DNA of 64,000 nt from an uncultured Chloroflexota bacterium (lineage in GTDB: Bacteria > Chloroflexota > Anaerolineae > Caldilineales > Caldilineaceae). The stretch lies in the NCBI GenBank assembly GCA_903879975.1, contig CAIRNL010000705.1, forward strand, positions 19,513-83,512, given 5' to 3'. The notes under the pieces are model-generated. The model was given only the letters and a program-made list of their open reading frames with translations, ran no database searches and was not told the origin of the DNA. Positions within the stretch are counted from its first letter, which is position 1, and every line of letters starts with the position of its first letter. Below are positions 53,228 through 64,000 of this stretch, one piece after another. The position numbers were made by a program, and so were the translations under genes.

Positions 53228-53236
53228 ATTATAACA
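53228..53236 (-). promoter_or_regulatory. Extended -10 promoter element upstream of dinG
   Basis: Minus strand TGTTATAAT about 70 nt upstream of the ATG. Confidence 0.5.
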
Positions 53237-53498
53237 GGGTCGCTGCAAACGACGAACCGCCCTGCAAACGCGTTGGACAAGTTGGAAACACTTGCGCTGA
53301 TTCCGCACCTGAACTCGTCTTGTTTGTCTAATCGGAGATTGTCAATCATAATTCCGTTCTGAAGCGCTCGCATCTGACAGCCTCTTCGTGGAACCAGCCG
53401 ATCCGTCAAAACCGCCCACGCGTTCCCCACTGGGGACAAAAGATTCGTCAATGCCAAAAACATTCTAAGCCTGATTGGAGAAGCCAAGGAGTCCTAGC

Positions 53499-55394
53499 AT
53501 GAAACACGCAGACTACGGAAACAAAATCGTCCCGGCCGCAGTGGCTCTTGCAGCCTTACTGGCCACTTTCTGCCTGCTGCAGACAGCGTCTGCCCAGCCA
53601 TTGCCCCCTGCCGGTGGCTTGTTCCTGCCTGCAATTCTCGCCGGCGGCAATGCATCGCCTGTCCCTCCTACACCGTCGCCGGGCGCCGTAGAAAGTGCCT
53701 TCCCCAGTGGACTGGCGGTTGCCGCACCCTTCAACGTGCAGCGTGCCCAGCCCGCTGCTGGGGCCGCTGTTGCCGCCAGCCCCTTTGTCCCTGCCTATCG
53801 CGCAATGGCGGAGCGCATTCGCTCCGCATTGCTCTCGACCACGGGCGTACCGATCACCAATGCCGTCCGCAGCCTCGTCCAGGGGGCAGGCGGGGGGCGC
53901 GCCAACTGCTATGGACCCCAGCTCAACTACACCAATCACCCTGGCGGCGGCAGTGGTCAGCTGCCGGGCGGCGACCTCGGCATCTGGCTCGAATACGAAC
54001 CGCAGCAACGGTCGGACCCCAATAGCCCCACCTACACGCAGACCCTGGGGCTGGGAACAACGGACGCCTACACGCTGACCTACGGATCGCCGGGACACGC
54101 CTGTTCTGCAGCCCAGCTCAATAGCCTGATGCGCGGGATCGAAGCACAGTCGGAGGCAGCGCTGACCCTGGCCGCAGCGCTCGTAGCGCAGGCCGCGATC
54201 AGCGGCTCCTCAGTTCTCACAGACGGCACTCCGCTCGACCTGACCACGGCGATGAACGGCAGCTCGGCGTTTGTCTTCAGCCAGGCCGTACTCTCGCGTA
54301 CCGCAGAAACGATCTACTATGCCGTCGCCTTCCAGACCAACGAACAGCAGCTCAACGGATCCGGCTCAACTGCCCACACCTACGCGGTGACAGTCACGCT
54401 CGCCCACCAGCCGGACAGCAGCACACCCACCGAACGCTACCGAGGGCTGCTCACCTATCAGATCCTGGACAGCGACTACCGGGGAGGGCTGCACTGTGCA
54501 AGCAGTGGGCCGCCGCCAGTTTCGGCGGTGCCCAGCGGCTCGCTGGCCTACAACCGCAGCGCAGCCACCGACCTGAAGGTGCAGGTGCGGCAGGCGACAT
54601 TCTGCGTGCAGGACGCGGCCGGCGCCTTGAACCCCGATGGACTGACGCTGGCAGGCTGGTCGGACAACTACAACGTCTTCACGGCCAACTTCGACCCGAC
54701 TGCTGCCTTCACAGACACCACAACAGTCAGCGATACACTCACGACCGACTTGGCTGGCTCGTATGCCTTCGCCTGGCAGGCAGGCAACGGAGACGGCTAT
54801 AGCCGCGTCTTCAATGTCGCTGTCAACGATATGAGCCCGATGAGCGGCGAGGCTTACTTCGGTTTTGGACGGCGCATCCAGGAATCGAGCGGGCACAGCT
54901 ACCCTCTCACCGACACAACAGGAACGCCTAGCACGCTGCTGCCGGACGATGCAGTCATCGCCGTAGAGGGCATGTTCTGCAACTGGGCCGGCCCGAGCAT
55001 ACCTGGCTCCGGCCGATTTCAGCCCTACGCCCAACGCCAGTTTGTACGCTTGAACGACAGCACCGGTTTTTTTGAAGTGCCAGCCGGCGGCTCGGATATT
55101 CGCTACGCACCGACCGATACTTGCCTCTACAGCGTGGGGGGCAGCTACGACAACACCGTCGATTTCTGGTATGACCGCACCCTCAACGGGGTCCGGGACG
55201 AGACCTACACCGATCCGCTGGCCGACAGTGACAACCCCTTCGGTGACCGCGGCGTTGCGTCGCTGACTGTGGGAACCAGCGACGTTGACGGCATCTTCGA
55301 CTTGATGGATACCATACAGGCGACGACCGATTACGGCTCTATTGTCAACACGATCCGAAACGGCCGCGGCTATGAGCTGCCCGTCGCTCCTTGA
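53499..55394 (+). CDS. Secreted hypothetical protein (Gly/Ser/Thr/Asp-rich, several Cys)
   Basis: 631-aa ORF, AGGAG RBS, signal peptide ending ASA; no family recognised. Confidence 0.75.
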   Translation: MKHADYGNKIVPAAVALAALLATFCLLQTASAQPLPPAGGLFLPAILAGGNASPVPPTPSPGAVESAFPSGLAVAAPFNVQRAQPAAGAAVAASPFVPAYRAMAERIRSALLSTTGVPITNAVRSLVQGAGGGRANCYGPQLNYTNHPGGGSGQLPGGDLGIWLEYEPQQRSDPNSPTYTQTLGLGTTDAYTLTYGSPGHACSAAQLNSLMRGIEAQSEAALTLAAALVAQAAISGSSVLTDGTPLDLTTAMNGSSAFVFSQAVLSRTAETIYYAVAFQTNEQQLNGSGSTAHTYAVTVTLAHQPDSSTPTERYRGLLTYQILDSDYRGGLHCASSGPPPVSAVPSGSLAYNRSAATDLKVQVRQATFCVQDAAGALNPDGLTLAGWSDNYNVFTANFDPTAAFTDTTTVSDTLTTDLAGSYAFAWQAGNGDGYSRVFNVAVNDMSPMSGEAYFGFGRRIQESSGHSYPLTDTTGTPSTLLPDDAVIAVEGMFCNWAGPSIPGSGRFQPYAQRQFVRLNDSTGFFEVPAGGSDIRYAPTDTCLYSVGGSYDNTVDFWYDRTLNGVRDETYTDPLADSDNPFGDRGVASLTVGTSDVDGIFDLMDTIQATTDYGSIVNTIRNGRGYELPVAP

Positions 55395-55409
55395 CGCAAC
55401 GACCCATTA

Positions 55410-55453
55410 CCACAAACTTGCGCCGTATGTCTCGGCACGGTGCAAGTTTGTGG
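55410..55453. terminator. 17-bp hairpin after the secreted hypothetical gene
   Basis: CCACAAACTTGCGCCGT / ACGGTGCAAGTTTGTGG (one G-U pair); no clear T tract. Confidence 0.55.
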
Positions 55454-55601
55454 GCCAGACCGCCCACTGCTGCACCGTGCCGGAGGCGTGAGTGGAGCGA
55501 AGGAGAAGTTTGCCGTACAGCGACGCGCCAATTCCCCCGCCCGCTCCGCTGCCACCGCGTAAAATTGCCAACGCCCGCGCTTGTACGGCACAATAGCTCG
55601 C

Positions 55602-56621
55602 ATGCGTGTCTCCGTCATCGCCACCGTCTACAACGAACGAACCAGCATTGAGCGCCTGTTGGCCTCGCTGGCCGGCCAGACGCGGCGACCCGACGAGGTC
55701 ATCTTCTGCGATGGCGGCAGCCAGGATGGCACGGTCGATGCCATCCGCGCCTACTCCGCACGCTATCCTGACCATCTGCCTGGTTTGCAGATCAGGGTCG
55801 CCCCAGGAGCCAACATCAGCCGCGGGCGCAATATCGCTATTGCCGCGGCAGCCGGCCCCCTGATCGCCGCAACCGACGCCGGCGTACTTCTGGAAGCGCA
55901 GTGGCTGGAAATGCTCGTCGCCCCGTGGGAAAAAGACGCGCAGACACTGGCGGTGGCCGGTGCGTTTGTGCCCGACGCACAGGGTGTCTTCCAGACGGCT
56001 ATGGCGGCTACGGTGCTGCCGTTGGTCGAGGAGATCGACCCGCGGCACTTTCTTCCCTCCAGCCGCTCGGTCGCTTTTACCAAAACCGCGTGGCAACGCG
56101 CCGGCGGCTACCCAGAATGGCTCGACTATTGCGAAGACCTGCTCTTCGACTTTGCTGTCAACGCACAGGCGCCGGAACGCACCACGGCCTTTGTCTGGGC
56201 ACCGCATGCCCGCGTGCATTTTCGCCCGCGCCAGACACTGAGCGCTTTCTGGACGCAGTACTATCGCTACGCGCGCGGCGACGGCAAAGCCGACCTGTGG
56301 CGCAAGCGCCACGCCATCCGGTACGCCACCTATTTCGTGGCGTTGCCGCTGCTGTTGGGCCATGCCTTCTTCGGTTTCTTTGGCCGTGGGTTGGGCTGGC
56401 TGGGAGTGCTGGCCGGCGTCGTCCTCTATTGCCGGCGGCCATGGCAGCGCCTGCGCTCGCTCGGCGCGTCGCTTTCGCCAGCGCAACGGCTCCTGGCTGC
56501 CGCGCTCGTGCCACTCATTCGGGTCACGGGTGACCTGGCCAAGATGGCGGGCTATCCCGTCGGACGCTTATGGCGCTGGCGCCACCGTGCCGAAATTCCT
56601 GACGAAAGGAAAGGTCGATAG
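55602..56621 (+). CDS. GT2 family glycosyltransferase
   Basis: SVIATVYNE, DGGS.DGT, RGRN, TDAG, GGYPE...EDL and Q..RYARGDG; C-terminal TM helices. Confidence 0.92.
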   Translation: MRVSVIATVYNERTSIERLLASLAGQTRRPDEVIFCDGGSQDGTVDAIRAYSARYPDHLPGLQIRVAPGANISRGRNIAIAAAAGPLIAATDAGVLLEAQWLEMLVAPWEKDAQTLAVAGAFVPDAQGVFQTAMAATVLPLVEEIDPRHFLPSSRSVAFTKTAWQRAGGYPEWLDYCEDLLFDFAVNAQAPERTTAFVWAPHARVHFRPRQTLSAFWTQYYRYARGDGKADLWRKRHAIRYATYFVALPLLLGHAFFGFFGRGLGWLGVLAGVVLYCRRPWQRLRSLGASLSPAQRLLAAALVPLIRVTGDLAKMAGYPVGRLWRWRHRAEIPDERKGR

Positions 56622-56689
56622 AAACCAGGAGGTTGCAAGTTCGCCCTCTCGGCGGCGGTGCCCGAAAATCTTGGTTTCTACATCGCATC
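56598..56689 (+). repeat. Dispersed ~95-nt repeat, copy 3
   Basis: CCTGACGAAAGGAAAGGTCGATAGAAACCAGGA...CCCGAAAATCTTGGTTTCTACATCGCATC. Confidence 0.85.
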
Positions 56690-56862
56690 ACTTCATCGCA
56701 GCGATCTGCAAAAGGGAGCACGATGACTGCGGGCCGATAGGCTGTTTGCTATGGTTTGACACGCGGATACAAAGGTTCGCAGAGGAACAACAAAGTGTAC
56801 GGTGTGCATTCTCTGCCTCTTGATGCCTTTGCACGGAGACAGGACCCTGGCGAGGTGTAGAT

Positions 56863-57348
56863 GTGAGTGCTGCGATCGATCGAAGAGAAGTGGCGGCCGA
56901 CCTGGTGGAGGCGACCCCGGGCGCCTGGGGAATGTGGCTGCTGGCCTCACCCTTCCTGATCTTTGTACTGTGGCTGTGGGTCGATATCTTTGCCTACTAC
57001 AGCCCTGTGCCGTGGAAGTGGCTCGATGTGCTGATCGGCGCACTGCTCTTCGCCTTCCTCGTCGTTCTGCCGCTGGGCTGGCTGGCGCACCGTACAGTCA
57101 CAGCTGCACCGCGCCTCTTTCAGCATGCAGGCTGGGATATTCATCCGCTTGAACCGGTACGCGATCAGGAAAAATATCTCGTGCGCTATATCTACCATGC
57201 GCGCCGCCGTGCTGCTCCCTCATGGAACCGGCAATGGCTGCGCGCTGCACAGGGCTGGGTCTACATCGAGATTGCGGCAATTCTCATCGGCGGCATTCTC
57301 ATCGTACCCCTTTTCTTCAGCGCGCTCGACTTCGGCTTTGGTCGCTAA
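56863..57348 (+). CDS. Small membrane protein, unknown function
   Basis: 161 aa, three hydrophobic helices, Trp-rich; GAGG upstream of GTG. Confidence 0.7.
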   Translation: MSAAIDRREVAADLVEATPGAWGMWLLASPFLIFVLWLWVDIFAYYSPVPWKWLDVLIGALLFAFLVVLPLGWLAHRTVTAAPRLFQHAGWDIHPLEPVRDQEKYLVRYIYHARRRAAPSWNRQWLRAAQGWVYIEIAAILIGGILIVPLFFSALDFGFGR

Positions 57349-57349
57349 T

Positions 57350-59170
57350 ATGCCCGTCGCCCACCGCCTGCGTGCCTGTCTTGCACTCCTGCTGGCCGCT
57401 CTCGCATCCGTGGCCGGCTATACAGGGACACACGCTGTTCCTCGTACACCGCAGCCACCCCCTGCCCCCCTGATGGAGCGCCCTACCGCGCCGGTTGTCG
57501 CGCAGGTCTCCTTTGCAGGGCAGGACGATCTCAACCGACTGGCCGGCGAACTCGACGTCTGGCAGGTCGATCACGCCATGCGCCGGGCAACGTTGCTGCT
57601 GACCCCGGCCCAGCTGCAGCAACTGCGCAGCACAGGACGCCCCCTGACGGTCGACGCTGCAGCGACCGCACGCCTGGCGTGGCCCACGTCAACCGTTTCA
57701 TCGCCGCTCCCAGAACGCATCCCGAACTTTCCCTGCTATCGCACTGTGGAGGAGACCTACACCAGCCTGGCCCAGCTGGCAGAGGCGGCTCCCGACCTGG
57801 TGCAGCCGGTTTCGCTTGGGCAGAGCTGGCAGTCCGTACAGACAAGCGGCGGCGCCGGCTATCCCATTGAGGGCGTGATCCTCACCAACCAGGCACTGCC
57901 CGGCACCAAGCCCATCCTGTTCTTGATCGCAGCCATCCATGCCCGCGAACTGACAACCGCGGAGACGGCCACGCGCTTTGCCGAGCAGTTGGTGCACCGC
58001 TATGGCCTCGACCCCGATGTAACGTGGCTGCTCGACTACACCGCAATTCACATCGTGCCGCAAACAAACCCCGACGGGCGCAAGAAAGCAGAAAGCGGCC
58101 TCTACTGGCGCAAAAATATCAACGACAGCTATGCCTGCTTCCTCGATCCGAACAGCATCGGCGTCGATCTCAACCGTAATAGCAGCTTTCGCTGGAACCA
58201 GTGCACGGGGACTGGCTGCTCGAGCGGCAGTGCCTGCTCCATCACCTACCGCGGCCCGGCGCCGGCGTCGGAGCCGGAAGTGCAGGCCATTGAGGCCTAC
58301 ATGCGCACAATTTTCGCGGACCGGCGTGGGCCGCTCGACAGCGACGCAGCCCCTGCCGACACCTCCGGCGTGATGATCTCGCTGCACAGCTACTCGCCGC
58401 TCATCCTCTATCCGTGGGGATGGACGCAGGCTGCGGCGCCCAACGCCGAGGGGCTGCGCACCCTAGCGCGCAAATTCGGTTACTACACCGGCTATTCCGC
58501 CTGCCAGTCGGGCGGCGACGGCTGCCTCTACATGACCGACGGCACAACCGACGACTTTGCCTATGGGGAACTGGGCGTTGCCGCCTTTACTTTCGAACTG
58601 GGCAGTGAGTTTTTCCAAGCGTGCAGCGCCTTCGAATCGTCGATCCTCAGCGGCACGCTGGACGCACTGACCTACGCCGCCAAGGCCGCGCGGCAGCCGT
58701 ATCTGGCGCCAGCCGGGCCCGAGATCATCTCGGCAACAACCACAGTGACGCAGCTCCTGGGCGGGCAACCCGTGACGCTGACAGTCATAGCCGACGACAC
58801 GCGACGCGAGGCCGTTGCTCGCAAAGGCGAGCCACTGGCCGACGCAGCGCAGGCGATCCAGGCGGCCCGCTTCACGATCGCTGCACCCAGCTGGGCGCCG
58901 TGCGCTGTTGCCCAGCCCATGGCGCCGGCTGACGGCTTCTTCGACACCGCTGTCGAAGAAGCGGTAGCGGTCATCGATACAGCAGGATGGCCCCCAGGCC
59001 GCCATCTCCTGTTCGTAGAGGGACAGGATGCCGCCGGCGCATGGGGCGTGCCAACAGCGGTCTTTGTCGACGTGGCAGACACAGATGGCCACGTGCCTGC
59101 CTATGTCGCCCAGCCGGCAGCATGCGAGCAACTGCACCTGCCGTGGATTGCTTGGAACCAGGGGCCGTAG
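57350..59170 (+). CDS. Secreted M14 zinc carboxypeptidase (carboxypeptidase T-like)
   Basis: Signal/pro-region, HARE, NPDG, WRKN, GVDLNRN, SEPE, SLHSY and FTFELG. Confidence 0.92.
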   Translation: MPVAHRLRACLALLLAALASVAGYTGTHAVPRTPQPPPAPLMERPTAPVVAQVSFAGQDDLNRLAGELDVWQVDHAMRRATLLLTPAQLQQLRSTGRPLTVDAAATARLAWPTSTVSSPLPERIPNFPCYRTVEETYTSLAQLAEAAPDLVQPVSLGQSWQSVQTSGGAGYPIEGVILTNQALPGTKPILFLIAAIHARELTTAETATRFAEQLVHRYGLDPDVTWLLDYTAIHIVPQTNPDGRKKAESGLYWRKNINDSYACFLDPNSIGVDLNRNSSFRWNQCTGTGCSSGSACSITYRGPAPASEPEVQAIEAYMRTIFADRRGPLDSDAAPADTSGVMISLHSYSPLILYPWGWTQAAAPNAEGLRTLARKFGYYTGYSACQSGGDGCLYMTDGTTDDFAYGELGVAAFTFELGSEFFQACSAFESSILSGTLDALTYAAKAARQPYLAPAGPEIISATTTVTQLLGGQPVTLTVIADDTRREAVARKGEPLADAAQAIQAARFTIAAPSWAPCAVAQPMAPADGFFDTAVEEAVAVIDTAGWPPGRHLLFVEGQDAAGAWGVPTAVFVDVADTDGHVPAYVAQPAACEQLHLPWIAWNQGP

Positions 59171-59173
59171 CCA

Positions 59174-60058
59174 ATGAACGTGCTCTCCCTCGCTGTCGGC
59201 CTTCTCCTGGCCGTGCTGACGCCCCTCTACCTGCGCGGGTGGGTGCGACTGCGCAGGCGCGGCGCTGGATTTGCCAGCTTCGCCCGGCTCAGCGTCTTTC
59301 TCTTTGCCGCCCTCACGACTGCACTGGTCTTCCTCTCGCCCATGAACTGGCTCAACGCCGACTATTTCTTCATCCGCGTGGCGCAGTACCTCTTCCTGTG
59401 CCTCTTTGCCATCCCAGCTTTCTTCATCAGCTGCGCCTTTGATGTCATCCTGTGGGGGCTGCCCGCCGGCGCCCGTCGTACAGTCGGACGCTGGATGCGC
59501 GGTCGAGGCCCGGTGCAGCGCTTGCTGCACAAGGCGACGCAGCCGTGGATTGCCTTCATCCTCTTCATTGCGCTCTTTGTGACTTGGTACGACAACCGCA
59601 TTGCCTCGTGGCTGCTGGCCAACCCGCTGCTGCACACAGCGTCGCTGCTGTTGCTGGGCGCAGCAGCCATGCTGACATGGTGGCATCTCATCGGCACAGG
59701 GCTGCGGCTGCACACAGAACTCTCCCCGTGGTTGGCGGCAATAACACTCCTCATTATCGAACTGGTGAGTATGTCCATCGCTGTGCCGACCGCTTTTTCC
59801 ACCGAACCGATCTACGCGCACTATGCGGCAGCCTTCGCCGCCCCCGATCGCTTTCTGCCCCTGACCATCGCCGACGACCAGGCGCTGGGCGGTGGACTCT
59901 TGTGGGTGGGCGGCAGCGCCGTCTTCCTGTCGAGCATCGTCCTGATCCTCAATCGCCTCTTCAATCGCCATCGCATGGATCGATCCGACCCGTTGCCGGG
60001 CTGGGATGCCGACGAACGCATGATCATGCCGGGGCTGGAACACCGATTGAAGAAGTGA
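59174..60058 (+). CDS. Second, divergent CtaG-like membrane protein
   Basis: Y.RGW.RLR, SP, DQ.LGG.LLW; parallels 15630-16538. Confidence 0.75.
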   Translation: MNVLSLAVGLLLAVLTPLYLRGWVRLRRRGAGFASFARLSVFLFAALTTALVFLSPMNWLNADYFFIRVAQYLFLCLFAIPAFFISCAFDVILWGLPAGARRTVGRWMRGRGPVQRLLHKATQPWIAFILFIALFVTWYDNRIASWLLANPLLHTASLLLLGAAAMLTWWHLIGTGLRLHTELSPWLAAITLLIIELVSMSIAVPTAFSTEPIYAHYAAAFAAPDRFLPLTIADDQALGGGLLWVGGSAVFLSSIVLILNRLFNRHRMDRSDPLPGWDADERMIMPGLEHRLKK

Positions 60059-60118
60059 CAGCGATCAACAGATACTCTTTGATGCGCTCTACCTCTCTTC
60101 GTCGTATTGGGCTTTTGA

Positions 60119-60187
60119 TACCCTATCTTCATTGTCTTCCAGCGCTATCTGGTGGAAGGCATCAGCACAACCGGACTGAAAGGCTAG
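60119..60187 (+). pseudogene. 3' remnant of a carbohydrate ABC transporter permease (MalG/AraQ/UgpE-like)
   Basis: Frame reads YPIFIVFQRYLVEGISTTGLKG*, with an in-frame TGA at 60116-60118 directly upstream and no start. Confidence 0.7.
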
Positions 60188-60192
60188 CCGCT

Positions 60193-60963
60193 ATGATACC
60201 GATTCCACCGCACAACATTCCGCGCACACGCGCGGTCGAGATTGTCTGCCACCGGGGCGCCAACGAGTATGCGCCGGCCAATACCCGCGCCGCAGCCCAA
60301 ATTTGTGTGGACTGGGGCATGGATTATGTGGAGATCGATGTCAACACCAGCAAGGATGGCGTCCTTTACGTCTTCCATGGGCCGGAAGTACAGTTCACGA
60401 CCAACGGCTCTGGTCTTTTTCACGAATTGACGGCCGCCGAGATCGACGAGCTGGACGCCGGATCTTGGTTCGATCCGAGTTTTGCTGGCACGCGCGTGCC
60501 CCGTCTGGACGAATATCTGCGTTGGATCCAGGGCAAGGCGAAGCTCTTCCTCGATGTAAAGCACGCCGACCTGCCGCAACTGCTTGCGCTGCTCCACGAT
60601 ATGCAGATGCAGGACGACTGTTTTTTCTGGTTTGGCGACCCCGACGCAGCCTATGCCTTTCGCCGCCTGGCGCCGCACCTTGTTCTGAAAGTCAACGCCG
60701 ACGACGCGGCCGCAGCACGGGCCGCCCATGACAGTTTGGCTGCCAATATCATTGAGACCGGCCTGGAGAACCTGACGGAAGAGTTCGTCGACGCCTGCCG
60801 ATCGCGCGGGATGAAGATCATGGTCTATCACACAGAGAAAGACCCGGTCGCCTTTCGCACCATACTGGACTGGGGAGTCGATCTGATTAACTGCGACCAC
60901 GGCGATGTCGTCGCACAGGTCGCTGCTGCGCACGCCGCAGAGCGTGCGCCAGGTGAACGCTGA
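60193..60963 (+). CDS. Glycerophosphodiester phosphodiesterase family protein
   Basis: HRGA...AP.NT, EIDV..SKDG...VFH, LDAGSWF, DVK and GVD.I..D. Confidence 0.92.
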   Translation: MIPIPPHNIPRTRAVEIVCHRGANEYAPANTRAAAQICVDWGMDYVEIDVNTSKDGVLYVFHGPEVQFTTNGSGLFHELTAAEIDELDAGSWFDPSFAGTRVPRLDEYLRWIQGKAKLFLDVKHADLPQLLALLHDMQMQDDCFFWFGDPDAAYAFRRLAPHLVLKVNADDAAAARAAHDSLAANIIETGLENLTEEFVDACRSRGMKIMVYHTEKDPVAFRTILDWGVDLINCDHGDVVAQVAAAHAAERAPGER

Positions 60964-61526
60964 TGGCGCAACGAATTCGTGCGATTTTTCTTGACTGCGG
61001 CGATACCCTGGTCGATGAGGGCAGCGAGGTCAAACCGGATGGCGAGGTCTCCGTGCGCGCCGACCTGATTCCCGGTGCCGGCGAGCTGGTGCGCGAACTC
61101 AAGCGCCGCGGCTACCCGCTCGCCCTCGTGGCCGACGGCCCGCTCGCCACTTTTGTGAACAACCTGGGTCCGTACAGGATCTACGACCTCTTTGATGTCT
61201 ACGCGATTTCTGAGACGGTCGGCGCCAGCAAGCCTGATGCCCGTATCTTCCGCAGCGCACTTCACCAGCTTCAGATCGCGGCGGATGACCATGCGCGCGT
61301 GCTCATGGTCGGCAACCACCTGGGCCGCGATATCAAGGGCGCCAATGCGCTGGGCATCACCAGCGTCTGGCTGGACTGGGCGCCGCGCCGCGCCAAGACG
61401 CCGGCCGATGCATCTGAGCAGCCAGATTTCACCATCAAGATGCCGCTGGATTTTTTGCATCTCGTGGACCAGATCGAGGCCGGCCAAGCGCTGCCCAAGG
61501 AGCGCGTACACCGCCAACACCCATGA
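60963..61526 (+). CDS. HAD-superfamily hydrolase
   Basis: FLDCGDTLVD, KPD.RIF and MVGN...DI.GA..LG. Confidence 0.88.
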   Translation: MAQRIRAIFLDCGDTLVDEGSEVKPDGEVSVRADLIPGAGELVRELKRRGYPLALVADGPLATFVNNLGPYRIYDLFDVYAISETVGASKPDARIFRSALHQLQIAADDHARVLMVGNHLGRDIKGANALGITSVWLDWAPRRAKTPADASEQPDFTIKMPLDFLHLVDQIEAGQALPKERVHRQHP

Positions 61527-61671
61527 TTCCGCACCCGCCCGTCAACGGGCGTCCAGAAAACCAGCGTAACCTCGCCGTGAACCTGTGCCGGTTGGCCAGA
61601 TCCCTGCAGACAAAAGCCGCTCACCTCTCCCGCACGCACTGTACGACAATACCAGCTGCGATCTCATCCCA

Positions 61672-63999
<2,328 letters not shown>

Positions 64000-64000
64000 A

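Noticed and set aside
58463-60043. Long antisense/alternate-frame ORFs (e.g. 58463-60043, 51704-53179, 25200-26522, 38605-39867, 26848-28041)
   Set aside because: Shadow ORFs opposite well-supported genes, expected at high GC, with no recognisable motifs

Overview
A 64 kb, GC-rich, gene-dense stretch of bacterial chromosome. Gene content and style suggest Chloroflexota (Caldilineae/Anaerolineae-like); this is an inference. In order, it holds: the 3' part of pyrG, yebC, ruvC, an orphan OmpR-family regulator, ruvA, efp, tRNA-Thr(CGT), a RodZ-like gene and def; a Fur/PerR-like regulator with a P1B-4 ATPase; an A2-type cytochrome c oxidase operon with assembly genes; a ferredoxin, an MFS transporter and DUF368; pfk, a class II aldolase-like gene and glycerate kinase; a dispersed surface-glycosylation gene set (two GT-C-like proteins, GT2s, GT4, a DegT aminotransferase and a Gfo oxidoreductase); a dinG...nuclease-recJ run; an M14 carboxypeptidase, GDPD, HAD, and a truncated HerA-like ATPase. 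I saw no CRISPR array, integrase, transposase or rRNA. The most notable item is a two-gene module at 33.9-38.6 kb: a beta-propeller/Ig extracellular sensor is fused through one TM helix to a STAND-like ATPase in place of a histidine kinase, followed by a second soluble STAND-like ATPase. Also notable are a ~95-nt dispersed repeat that supplies the last codons and stop of two unrelated genes, and a sugar-ABC-permease remnant. All calls come from reading motifs by eye; no database searches were run.
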